Source: Octopus sinensis (taxonomy: Eukaryota). From it: a DNA stretch of 64,000 nucleotides. Location of the stretch: assembly GCF_006345805.1 (NCBI RefSeq), contig NC_042999.1, forward strand, positions 70,556,001-70,620,000, in the 5' to 3' direction. This document shows, in pieces, positions 35,786 through 47,896 of the stretch. The notes under the pieces are model-generated. The model was given only the letters and a program-made list of their open reading frames with translations, made no database searches and was not told the DNA's origin. A program made the translations under genes and the position numbers. Position 1 is the stretch's first letter; each line of letters starts with the position of its first letter.

Positions 35786-38700
35786 TATTATTATTCTTAT
35801 TATTATCATCATCATTAGATTCTCTTCTTTCAATTTTGTTTCCATCTCTTGCTTAGTGTCTTCCCAGTTCCTAAAGCAAAGAATCTCAGTGTATACGTTG
35901 ATAGGCCCTTAAAATAATTACACCAGATTGTTTATTTGTGTGGCGGTACATGGCCTAATGGTTAGAGCAGTGAAGGGATTGCGGGTTCAAATCTCAGACT
36001 GGGTGATGTGTGCATTTATGAGAGAAACACCTAAGCTCCATGTAGCTCTAGCAGAAAGTAATGGTGAACTTCTGCTAACTCTTTCCTCCTACATCTAGCA
36101 GCTCACCTGCGATGGCCCACCAACCCTTATGAGCCAGGTATAGCTAGAGAAGGAACAAACAACAACAACAATATTGTTCATTTACAAAATCAAATAAAGT
36201 TCATCATCATCATCATCGTTTAACGTCCGTTCTCCATGCTAGCATGAAGTTATGTAGAGAAAAATTATTTACATGGATGATAATCGTTCTCACAATGACC
36301 ATGCTCTTCTCAATACATATGGCATATTATTATTATTATTATCATTAAGGCTGTGAAATATAGAAGTGGTGAAGTGCCAGACTAAATGCTTTATTGTATT
36401 TAGTTATGTCCCTTTGCTTTATGAATTTAAATTTTACTGAAATTTGCATTGCACCCAAAATTTTATCTCCCTCTAACATGTGTGGTCTTATTCCAATCTA
36501 AAAAAATTATTTGTATTAGTGATAGAGTTTGGAATTGAAGAAACGGTAGGGTACCATTACTTAACTACTGCAGTAACCAAGTTCTCTTATGTACTGGTTT
36601 CAAATCATGCAGAGTTGACAATACCTTTAATCTTTCTGGAGTTCACTACATAAATATCAGACATGATTGAGGGTTCATTCAGTGACTGTTTTTCCTTGTC
36701 CTGCCTTGTGCTCATCAAATCATCATCACCACAATTATTATCATTGCATCATCATTATCATCATCATCATCATTATTATTGTTTGAAAATTTTTCATTTC
36801 ATAGGTTTGCAGAATATACAAAAGAAAGTAAGCTATTTAATTTCAGTTTTGAAGCTTTGGGTCAAGCTTAAATAAATAAACTATTTTCTTTTCTTTTTTT
36901 TATGGCTTTTGCTACCTTTTCATTATTTATTTATTTTTTAAAAATATTTACTGGTTTTGAATATTTATTTAAAATGCAATATGGGAAAATTGGCACAAAT
37001 GGCCAAAAGCTGGTTAGTTTGCTTTAGCTTGATGCTACATGGTCCTGAGTTAAAATCTCATGGGATCATACTAGCAGAATAAGTAACAGTGATATACTGA
37101 GGTGGTGTATATCAACTATTTTTCTTTACAAAAGGAATTTTGGGGAGAAAAATGGGAATATGTCTCAGCAACATTTTGGTTGATTGAAGTCTAAAAACTT
37201 TTATGTCACATGTTAAGAATTTCTGATGAATGCTGTTCTGTTTGGGTTTTGATATAGTTTTGATGTCCAAGAAAAAGAGAATATTGTTTATGACTTGTCA
37301 GTGGTAGCTAAAGAGATGAAAACTTAATGGAAGTGAATTTCATAAAAAAGTAAATAATGGATTGGATGGAGTGATGAAGAGAAAGACAGACAGGCAGACA
37401 GAGACTAGTTTGTAGGAAGTTTGATGTAGTAAATATTTTGAAGTGAATGGGAAGCTGGAGCAATAAGTTGACAAAGAGCATAGTGTGTTTTAAATAAAGA
37501 GTTGAGAGATACTACATGTTGGTTAAGAGTTGAGAAGACACTACATGTTGGTTAAGAGGCTAGAATGCGGATATTATTGTTTATTAATTTAGAAAATGTG
37601 TCACCATGTTTCTATGGTGAAAACTTTGGTGAACAAAATGTATGTATGAATGACAACAAAGGTGGAGTTTCCATCTCTTGCTTGTCTTTTCAGTTCCTAA
37701 AGCAAAGAATCTCAGTGTATTCATTGATAGGCCCTTAAAATAAATACACCAGATTGTTTATTTGTGTGGAGGCACATGGCCTGATGGTTAGAGCAGTGAA
37801 ACCACAGTCGGGGGATTCCAGGTTCAAATCTCAGACTGGGTGATGTGTGCGTTTATGAGAGAAATCCCTAAGCTCCATAAGCAAACACTGGTCTATGATG
37901 CAGTCCTTGGGCCAATCATTTCCTGTCAAACCAGCCATTCTATGCTAGCATGGAATAGCCAAACAAATTGACTCCAGTACTTATTTATAAGTCTGGTACT
38001 TATTCTGTTGGACTCTTTTTGCCAAATCGCTAAGTTACAGTGATGTAAACAAACCAACACTGGTTGTCAGGCAATGGTAGGGAGACAAATACACTCACAT
38101 ATATGTACAACAGCTTTCCACAGTTTCCCTCTACCAAATTCACTCATAAGACATTGTTCAGTCTGGGCCTATATAGAAGACACTTGCCCAAGGTGCCACA
38201 CAGTAGGACCAGATGTTGGTTGATGTAGGCAAGAAATAAGGATATGCTGTAAATGGATTATACTAGCTGAGTAGAAAAAGTTTGTGTTGACATTAGAAAC
38301 TACTCAAGGAAGAGGAAGGCAAACCATAGAAAGAATTAGTGAAGTGAGATCTGAGGATGTTGAACAGCACAGATTTGAGAGTAGCAACAATATGACCCAC
38401 TGCAGCCTTGTCTGACCCATTCTAATTGATGATGATGATAACTTGATTTGATTATTGTGATTGTTCTAGAACTAGGCATATGACATTAAAAAGTCCAATG
38501 ACAAGATTTGATTTGATCTTGGGCTTGCAAATAAACTAATTTATCAAACTGCACATTAATTTCTAGTAAATTTTGTCTTCTATAACAGACACCAACACCA
38601 CCCTCTCTCACTCTCTCGCCTCCCTCTCTCTATCCCTCTCTCAATTTCCTACCATCCCGATAGCTTTGCTGTTTTATAGAAAGAGAAAATGTAGTCAACT

Positions 38701-38924
38701 GTTGAAGACCTGTTGCAACATCAATGTTAACTATCTGCCTTATAGGCTGTTACCAATCTCCCTTAGCTTAAATTCTTGCATGCTTGGCAAAGTGATGTGT
38801 TTTTACTTGGTGATTCAGATAAAGGGGTAAGTTGAATAATTAAATCGCAGTTTTCAAAGACTTTTGCTGTAAAACTTTAAACAAATGTAAATCTAGTTCT
38901 ATATTTGAGAGATGAGGAATTATG

Positions 38925-39299
38925 TACATTATTTACAATTGACGGATATTTGTCCTCACCTTGTTTGTTAACACAACATTTCTGCTGATATACTCACCAG
39001 CCTTCATCAGATGTCTTGGGGAAATTTCAAAACTGGGTTCTCATTCATAAGGAATTTTTCAATGTTATTATTAGTCAGGCCACCGGACATATGGCATAGT
39101 GGTTAACCCCAAGATTCTGAGTTCAATTCCAGGCAGTGACCTAAATAATAATAATAATAATAATAACATAGAAAAATACCTTAGGAACGAGAACCCAGGT
39201 TCGAAATTTCACCAAGAAGGCTGGAGAGTATATCAGCCAAAACATTGTGTTAATAACAAACAGGATGAGAACAAATATCCGTCAAATGTAAATAATGTA
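38925..39299. mobile_element. Inverted pair of a SINE-like element (arms ~38925-39073 and ~39160-39299) with a tRNA-like head between them
   Basis: The arms are reverse complements at roughly 80% by eye; TGGCATAGTGG / GAGTTCAATTCC boxes at ~39091-39130. Confidence 0.8.
38970..39015 (-). ncRNA. Minimal type I hammerhead-ribozyme-like motif (Penelope-type), partly decayed
   Basis: Minus strand GACAT-CTGATGA-AG-GCTG..CAGC-A-GAAA-TGTT-GTGTT. Intact CUGAUGA and GAAA core, 4 bp stem II, 5 bp stem I with wobbles. Confidence 0.6.
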
Positions 39300-40024
39300 A
39301 AAAATGTAAATCTGTCTTGTTATTCTTTTCACACACAGAAAAATAAGAGATTGACCACGCATCAGAGGACAAGTACCTTCTCATCCTTTTACTCACAAAA
39401 AAAAACTTATAGCAATCACTGATTAAATCTGTAATGGCTAGACTAATTTGTAACTTATGCATTTGTCAACAACATGATTTCACTACACTCTCGGAGTGGT
39501 TGGCGTTAGGAAGGGCATCCAGCTGTAGAAACTCTGCCAGATCAAGATTGACGCCTGGTGCAGCCATCTGGTTCGCCAGCCCTCAGTCAAAATCGTCCAA
39601 CCCATGCTAGCATGGAAAGTGGACATTAAACGATGTTGATGAGGAGGAGGATGATTAAATAATTAGTAAATATTTATGCACAAACAACATATATTAGAAA
39701 ACCAAAGATAAACATAAAATAGTTGAGCTTTTTTTAGCCTTTTTGATACCAACTCTACCATTCTTAATGTCCAATACTAGCCATGGAATGGGAATAACAC
39801 TAGCTCTACCCATACTCAATCACCATTTCTACCATAATCTATCTCTCCACTCCTTATGGAGCCAAATTGCTAAGTTACAGTGATGTAAACAAACCAACAC
39901 TGGTTGTCAGGCAATGGTAGGGAGACAAATACACTCACATATATGTACAACAGCTTTCCACACAGTTGGACTGATCCTAAAACCATAAGGTTCTTAATCA
40001 TACAGTTATGCCTACTCCTGCTGA

Positions 40025-40088
<64 letters not shown>

Positions 40089-41967
40089 TATATATATACA
40101 TACAGAGAGAGAGATCCCCCACGTACATACACACACATTTTAGTTAAAATCTGGAGTAACTGTCAATAGCTGCCAATTTCACCATCAATCAGTTCATTCA
40201 GTAATGATATTAATTCATTTTTCATTTTGTTCATGTTGATATAATAAAGATGAAATATATTTATTTCAAATAATTCATAGATTATCCTTGATGTGTGTAT
40301 ATTAATGCTTCTCTATACAAAAAAATGTATATTTTAAAATTTAAACAGATAAAAGCATTCTTCTCTCATTTCTTATCTAATCTAATATGAATACAATGAA
40401 GATTCATTAATATCTTTACATAATCAATTGATAGCTTGGAAAACTTCTTAAACACTTGGCCATATCTATGTCTCACACATGCAGACATTCTCATTTATAC
40501 ATGCATACAGTCTCTCATGCACATACATACACTCTCACTTGTGCATACATCAATTCTCTCTCACTTTCTCGGTGACATACACATATACAATCTCTGTCAC
40601 TGCATATGTACAGTCTTTATTTTTCACATACATACATATTATTTGTATACATTTATATTTTTTCTTTATTACACACACACACACACTCATGCAGTATTTT
40701 GGAAAGATATTTGATCTGTTTATTAGTTTTTTTCTCATAAACAAAATTTTATCTATCTCTCTCACACATGCATACTTACAAATATGCACAACTGCACTTT
40801 CTTTCCTTCACAAACTTCCTGTCCCTAACCCCTCCATTTTTTACTCGGTTTTTCTCGGATTCTTGTCTCTACCTCTAGCTTTCTTTCTCAATTTCTCACA
40901 TATACATAAGTAAAATATTTGACTTTTTTTTAAAGTATCTTTTCTCATCTATCAGTAAAGTGCATCTGTGTGATAGCTGTAAGCAACCCTCATATTTCAC
41001 ATATACTGATATGCAAAAATGTGTTCAAAGTTATTGATTGGGTGGTGGTAGTTTTGGTTAATTGCTTTACTTGTTTCCATTTTGTTGCTACCAGCTAGCC
41101 ATATGCCAGCAAGTTTGCTCCTACATAGTTGCTTGACCTGTTAGAAGTAGAAACCAAACACCCTTCAAATTACACCATGCTAGATATATTGGGAAACGTG
41201 GCATTGGATATATTATACCTAGAAAAAAAATGCAAAGTTCACAATCAGAATGTTTTTTATCATAAATCAGTTTGGTGAGGGATGACCTATGGTTGAATTA
41301 CAACTAGCCAACCAAATAAGGTCCAAGGAGTCTGAAATGACACACTAATAAATCAATTCTAACTTCTTTACTATTTTACTCTTATCATTAGAGATAGTTG
41401 TTATTGTCAATCATTCATTGTTGGAGACACATACATGTGGCCACTGAGATCAAAGCCCTGTGTATGCAGGTGGGCATAGGAGCACTAAAGTGGATACTAT
41501 TTTGTGTTGCTTTTTGCTGGCAACCACAAAGAGATGGGCACTGGTCATCTTTAATGTACTTGTTGTTATTCAGTTCGAATCCTGCTGAAGTTGAGAGTCA
41601 AAATACAGTAAGTCGAGAACAAGGGTAAAACTTAGTACTTGACTATTACTTGTATCAATTAATTACCCCTACCACCCTCTCACAATTGCTGACCTTATGC
41701 CTATATTTAAAAACATTATTATTGATAAGACTGCAAACTAGCAGAATTTTTATTGTGTCAGATAAAATGCTTTCTGGTATTTCTTCTGACTTTACTTTCT
41801 GGGTTCAAATGCTACTGAGGTCAACTTTGTCTTTCATCCTTTCAGGGTTAATAGAATAAGTACCAGTTGAACACTGGAGTTGATGTAATCGACTAATCTC
41901 TTCTCCCTACCCAAATTTCAGGCCTTGTGCCTATAGTAGGACTTATTATTATTATTATTATTATTAT

Positions 41968-42456
41968 TGAGTGAGAGAGCAGTGCATGCCATCAAAGTGA
42001 CACTGGGGTAAAATATACGAAGCCCAGTATATCCATCATGACTACCCGTCTGATAAGGGTACACCAGGCACATGCATCACAACCATATGTGCGCGATATA
42101 GTGATCTCATATCAAGATAAACAGCACATGACCTTGCAGGTGGGGCCCAGTTAGAATTTTCTTCTGGTCGAGTAACCCATCCCACTCAAAAGGTCCTTGA
42201 ATAAGGGTTGTTTAAGGATGTTGAATGAAACACCCATGTTTCCAGAGGTGAATTATTCAAACTTCTAAAATTTCCTTTCAACACACGGCTATGATGCTCC
42301 CCCACTACTTCTGCTCATGATCAGAGATGCACATATCATCAGCCATTAATGGACATGCTCAACTGATTAAGGTCAAACAACTGACAAGCAAATCTGTGGT
42401 ATTGAGCAGACTATTTGCTGTAGCCCATCTTTTATACCAAGACAAAACAATGTACT
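41968..42456 (-). mobile_element. Non-coding retroelement (SINE or LINE 3'UTR) inserted in an (ATT)n microsatellite
   Basis: Flanked on both sides by (ATT)n; the minus strand ends ...GCACTGCTCTCTCACTC(AAT)n. It lies next to an RLE-type LINE fragment. Confidence 0.6.
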
Positions 42457-42639
42457 TATTATTATTATTATTATTATTATATTATTATTATTATATTATT
42501 ATTAAATATTTGGTAGATTGAGGCAAATTTCTACTGCATCATCTGCTACACCTCCATGTTGCTGGGGTGTGTGCAGCATTGTGTGTTCTTTTCTGTTGTT
42601 GGTAGTGTGCAAACTCTTCCTAGTACTGTAGTGTATTAG

Positions 42640-43230
42640 TTTTTTTTTTCCTTGAGGTGTGGTGCTGTCTTTTGTTGTGTTCTTGTATTGTGTGTTGAGT
42701 GTGTAATGCTTTAGTTTTCATGGCTTACTGGTGGGAGTTTATTTCACTGGGTAAATGCTGTATAGAGTGTGTCTTGTATTTGTGGGCTGTTTTGTTTCGG
42801 TTGCATTATTGGATTGATAGTGTTTTGCTTAGGATATAGGCTGTTCCTAGCAGGGCTATATTTTGGATTGTGTATAGTGATGAGGATCCAGGTGTAGCTT
42901 CTACATTTTTGTTCATATTGTTTTATCACACCCAATACTCCGATTATTATTGATATTGTTTTTACCCTCATACCCCACATTTTGAACACTTTGATTTTGA
43001 GGTCTTTGTACTTCAACAATTTCTCCACTTCTTTTTTGACAATATTTTGATCAGAAGGGACTGCAATGTCAATCAGTAAGCAGGTGTTTTTTCCCCAATC
43101 CTTGACAATTATGTCTGGGTGATTAGCTTTTATTTATTTTTATTTATTTTTTTTTTCTGGTTTGAACCAGCATATCCCAGATGATTGTGGTCTGGTCATT
43201 GTCTTGTACCTTGCTTAGCACATGCTTATA
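42640..43230 (-). mobile_element. RLE-type (R4/Dong-like) LINE 3' fragment
   Basis: NHPDIIVKDWGKNTCLLIDIAVPSDQNIVKK-EKLLKYKDL..KMWGM..IIIGVLG..ALLGTAYIL. Confidence 0.8.
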
Positions 43231-43818
43231 CCACCTGCTGTTAGTTTTATTACTATTATTATTAAATCTGGCAGAACTAGTAGGACATCAGACAATAATT
43301 TGTGTTATTTAATTGCATCTCTTTATATTGGGAGTTTAAAAGTCTTTCTGAAGTTAATTTTTGCTTTTCATCCTTCTGTATTTGATAAAATAAAATACCA
43401 GTCATGTCCTGGGACTGATTTCATTAACTGCTCTATCCCCTCAAATAAGCTATAGTTGTGTGCTTCACTTAGGAATTGCTATTATTAAGGCAAGTTAAGC
43501 CTCTGCACATAGGCTCCATCATCATCATCATCATTATTTAACATCTGTCTTTTATGGTGGCATGGGTTGGATGGTTTGACAGGAGCTTGCAACCCAGAGG
43601 ACTGCACCAAGCTTCACTGTCTGTTTTGGCATGGTTTTTACAGCTGGATGCTCTTTCTAACACCAGTCACTTTACAGAGTGGACTGGAGGAAATACAAAT
43701 AACTGGTGCAACACCCACTATCTCAAGATACAAATCAAGAAAACCTTTATAAATCAGTGAAAGAAAAATCATCAATATTAAGGAAACAGACCATTCAACA
43801 CACATACATATGCACATA

Positions 43819-44713
43819 CATGTCCTGATCAATAAGTATCCAGACTGTTGCTATAGTAACAAAGCTAAAGCATGGAAAGTGAAGCTACTTGACATAGATT
43901 GATCTTGAACTCTGCTGTGCATGTGCACTAAGTTTTAACATTCTAGCTCACTTCCACTGTTTACAGCAGTGCTTGGAAGGAAGGTGGGTAGTGTGTGATT
44001 GTCGCATTGACCATGACAGAGAAAGTCGAGCAGAGAATCTACATCAAATTTCGCAAAAAGTTTCGCAATACCTGCTCAGAGGCCTATGCAAAGTTTTCAA
44101 AAAGTTTTCATTGTTCTCAACACAATCAAGGAGATCTTGTGCAACTGAAATCCGAGTGTCTTTTTGGTCAGCTGAAAACTGTTTTGGTACAAACTTGGTA
44201 GACACACGTCTCATACCCAAATCTTCAGGGATAATGGACTGAACTGAACCGTAACTAATCTGCACATCCTCTGATAACTCACAAATGGTGATTCAACAAT
44301 TTCCCCTCACAGCTGCATGCACGTCTGTGATGTTTTTCTCAGTTCTGCTGGTTGCGTGTCTCCCCAAACATTCATCAATATCAACATTTTTTTGGCCATT
44401 TTGGAAACATCTGAACCACTTGTACACTTTCGTGCAGCTCATACACTCCTCTACATACACTTTCTGCAACTTTGCCCAGGCCTCTGAGCAGGTATCGCCA
44501 TGACAACTTTCTCTATCACGGTCAATGTGACGATCACACACTACATACTTTCTTTCCAAGCACTGCTGTAAACAGCAGAAGTGAGCTAGGATGTTAATAC
44601 TTAGTGTGCATGCACAGCTGAGTTCAAGGTCAATCTGTGCCAAGCGGCTTCACTCTGCATGCTTTAACTTTGTTACTATGGCAACAGTCCGGATATTTAT
44701 TGATCAGATCTCG
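43819..44713. mobile_element. Non-autonomous mariner derivative with two 5' ends facing each other (~280 bp inverted arms)
   Basis: TA on both flanks. The left arm encodes MTEKVEQRIYIKF..TCSEAY; the minus strand encodes TCSEAWAKLQKVY..VYKWFRCFQNG and IIPEDLGMRRVSTKFVPK (mariner HTH and WVPR-like linker). No catalytic domain. Confidence 0.88.
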
Positions 44714-45844
44714 TACACACATACATAATCTATGTATGTGTGTGTGTGTATATATTTAGTGCACATACTTGTGCACTCACATTCATACACACGCACACAC
44801 ATAAAATTAACTAACTGTAAATAAAGGATAATTTAAAACTAACAGACTAAGACCTATTTTACAATTTTTTCTTGATCATTGTCTGAGTAGGTAGAGCATT
44901 AATGTTCTGAGTTCAAATCATACTCAGGATAGTTTTGCCTATTACCAATAACAATTTTTGGAAGCTGATTTAATTTTTTCAGCCATTACCCACGTAGTTT
45001 CAGGTTCATCCCACCACATGGCACCTTGGGCCATGCGGTGGTCTTCTTCTATAGCTCCAGGCTGACCAAAGACTTGCGAGTGGATTTGGTAAATGGAAAC
45101 CGAGAAAACATTGTATGTGTGTTTTATGTGTTTGAGTGTGATGTCATGTGATAGTTGTAAATGAATTGCCCTCCTTGGAAACAGGTAAGGATTGACAACA
45201 TGGGAAAGTGGTAGACATAAAAACTATGATGAAGTGATGATGTTGATGACAATGGTGATGATAATGATAGCCCCAAACCCATGACATGTGATCGTGTTAT
45301 AAACAATTATTATTAAAAGGCTTGGGAGTGAAAATGAATAGGTGTCATACAAAATACTTTACAATAGCTACATCATTCTCCTTTTATGTTCTGTATTCAG
45401 ATTCTGGGGGTGTTGTCTTTTCATCTTTCAGGTTTAATATAAAAAAAAGTACAGGTAAATGCTGGGGCCATTCTAGTTGGTCCTATTCTCTGATATTATT
45501 ATGTTATGGCAATGGTGTTCTCCTCATTTGTCACACTGGAGATGATCCATTCAATATCATTTTACTTTCATTTGTATTACTACTGAAATAATTTCTCCAT
45601 TAATTTGTAATACTTTATAAATATGTAGAAGACATTTAGTTTGTCCTGTATCACAAAGATCAATGCCTTGATTTTTTGGTTAATTTCTTTTTTTATCAGT
45701 GACTATGATTTATTCACATCCACACATATATCCATCATTCCCATATATATCCTTTCATCAGTGTCTTGTCAAATCCACCCTGTAATTTCAAGATTTTGAC
45801 TATTCTTAGTGCCTTCAGTCTTAAATAATCTACTAATCTCTTTT

Positions 45845-46503
45845 ATTACATGGAAAAATGCGAGCATGAAAAGTAATATTCTTAAGATTATAAACCTGGA
45901 AAAGTACAGAAAAAGTTATTACGCCAGGAAAAGTATAGGACAAACTATTACTTCAAGTAAAGAATAAGAAACTTTTTACTTAAAATATTGCAGCAAAGAA
46001 TACCAGTTCTTCTAATTTATCACTCTTTACAGTTCTCATCATCATCATCATCATTTAACATCCGTTTTCCATGCTAGCATGGGTTGGACGGTTCAACTGG
46101 GGTCTGGGAAGCCAGAAGGCTGCGCCAGGCCCGGTTTGATCTGGCAGTGTTTCTACAGCTGGATGCCCTTCCTAACGCCATTCTTTTAAATTTATTGTAC
46201 AAAACTGTTCAGGTAATTTGTAAGTTTGTCTAATTAGTCACTTTTTTCTGTATTTAAGGTAGTAAATTAGCCAATTTCTACTTAAATAAGTATAGTGTTA
46301 TTTGTAAACTATAATAAAATAATTTTCAATATTCAAATTTTAATTTTAGCTGCAATATTTTAAGTAAAAAGTTTCTTACTCTTCTCTTTACTTGAAGTAA
46401 TAGTTTGTCTTATAATTTTACAGGTGTAATAACTTGTCCTGTAGTTTTCCAAGTTTATAATCTTAAGAATATTACTTTTCATGCTTACATTTTTCCATGT
46501 AAT
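45845..46503. repeat. Older inverted repeat (arms ~45845-45994 and ~46349-46503) with an RTE tail in the spacer
   Basis: ATTACATGGAAAAATG...AAAATATTGCAGC and its reverse complement, roughly 85-90% identical by eye. Confidence 0.85.
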
Positions 46504-47473
46504 CCATGATTTTTCCAGGCATTGCTGTTTAGGATTTTACCTTATAAACTACTGGGTAGGGGGATACATTGGCTGCTATTTTAAGCGTGTTGAGTGACCA
46601 GGTAGAGGCTTTTTCATTGGTTTGATTGTGTGATGAAATTCTTTTACACATATATGTATAATATGAATATATATCATCAGCAGAAGTTAGAGAGTCAGTC
46701 AAAAGCTGAGAGTTTCATGTATTGGCATTTATCAAACACAAATTTGTCCATTGTCACTCTCTAACTTGTGACGAAATAACTTCTAAAATGCAAAATTTTG
46801 TCAAAAATGTTAAGAGTAAACCCTGTTGTATGTGACACATTGTACCAGTATTGGAAGTTTCAAAGTGTTTAGTCAAAAAAAAATAATTAAATAATCTAAA
46901 CGTCAAATTGAATAGTTCTGAAATGGATAAAAAGTAAAGTTGACCTCAGCAGAATTTGAACAAAAATTGTAAACACAGCCAAAATACCTATTTCTTTATT
47001 ACCCACAAGGGGCTAAACATAGAGGGGACAAACAAGGACAGACATAGGTATTAAGTCGATTACATTGACCCCAGTGTGTAACTGGTACTTAATTTATCGA
47101 CCCCAAAAGGATGAAAGGCAAAGTCGACCTCGGCGGAATTTGAATTCACAACGTAACGACAGACGAAATACCGCGAAGCATTTCACCCAGCGTGCTAACG
47201 TTTCCGCCAGCTCGCCACCTTAGAATGTAAACTTTCATTTTAGCAATATATTCTTTATTATTCTTATTGCTAAGCATTACTTCCTTACATGAAATTTCAT
47301 GGCATTTCACCCCATAACTTTTCTTCTACTGGTTACACTAGAAGCAGTGTACAGTGAACAGAAGATAATGGGACATGTGATAAAGGAAAGTGCAAAGGGG
47401 TGGGAGTAAATGATAGGGTTATTAGAGAGATGAGACACTATAAGAGCTGCAGAGTTGACAGTTATATATGTAT

Positions 47474-47514
<41 letters not shown>

Positions 47515-47629
47515 CACCTACACATATATCCATACACTTGCATACTATACATGTACATACATATATATGTACCTGAAGATACATTTATCTATATGTTTAA
47601 TTTAAAAACAATTTTTTGTTTTCTTTCAG

Positions 47630-47896
47630 AAAACACAAAGAAAGAAAATACAAAGAAAGAAAACACGAAGAAAGAGAATGGAAAGAAAGATCATATGAAG
47701 AAAGATAATACAAAAAAAGATAATATAAAGAAAGACAATATGAAGAAAGACAACAACAAAAAAGAGAGCAAAAGGTCTCAAAAGAAAAAATCTGGTGTCT
47801 GCTCAGTGCTTGGCAAATTCTTGCTTGTTATTGTGCTCTGTTCCTCAGCATTTGTCACGTTATACTTTCTGAATGATAATGTTCGTGAAATTGTTG
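47630..47896 (+). CDS. ASPH: ASPH-like exon 2: KKEN/KKDN repeats plus signal-anchor transmembrane helix
   Basis: Acceptor TTTTTTGTTTTCTTTCAG|A at 47629/47630 and donor G|GTAAGT at 47896/47897; 267 nt, phase 1-1. Encodes ENTKKENTKK...KKKSGVCSVLGKFLLVIVLCSSAFVTLYFLNDNVREIV (basic tail, then a hydrophobic stretch). Confidence 0.8.

Noticed and set aside
47455-47629. Upstream part of the 166 aa ORF, and its tail after 47896
   Set aside because: Microsatellite and intron sequence outside clear splice sites.
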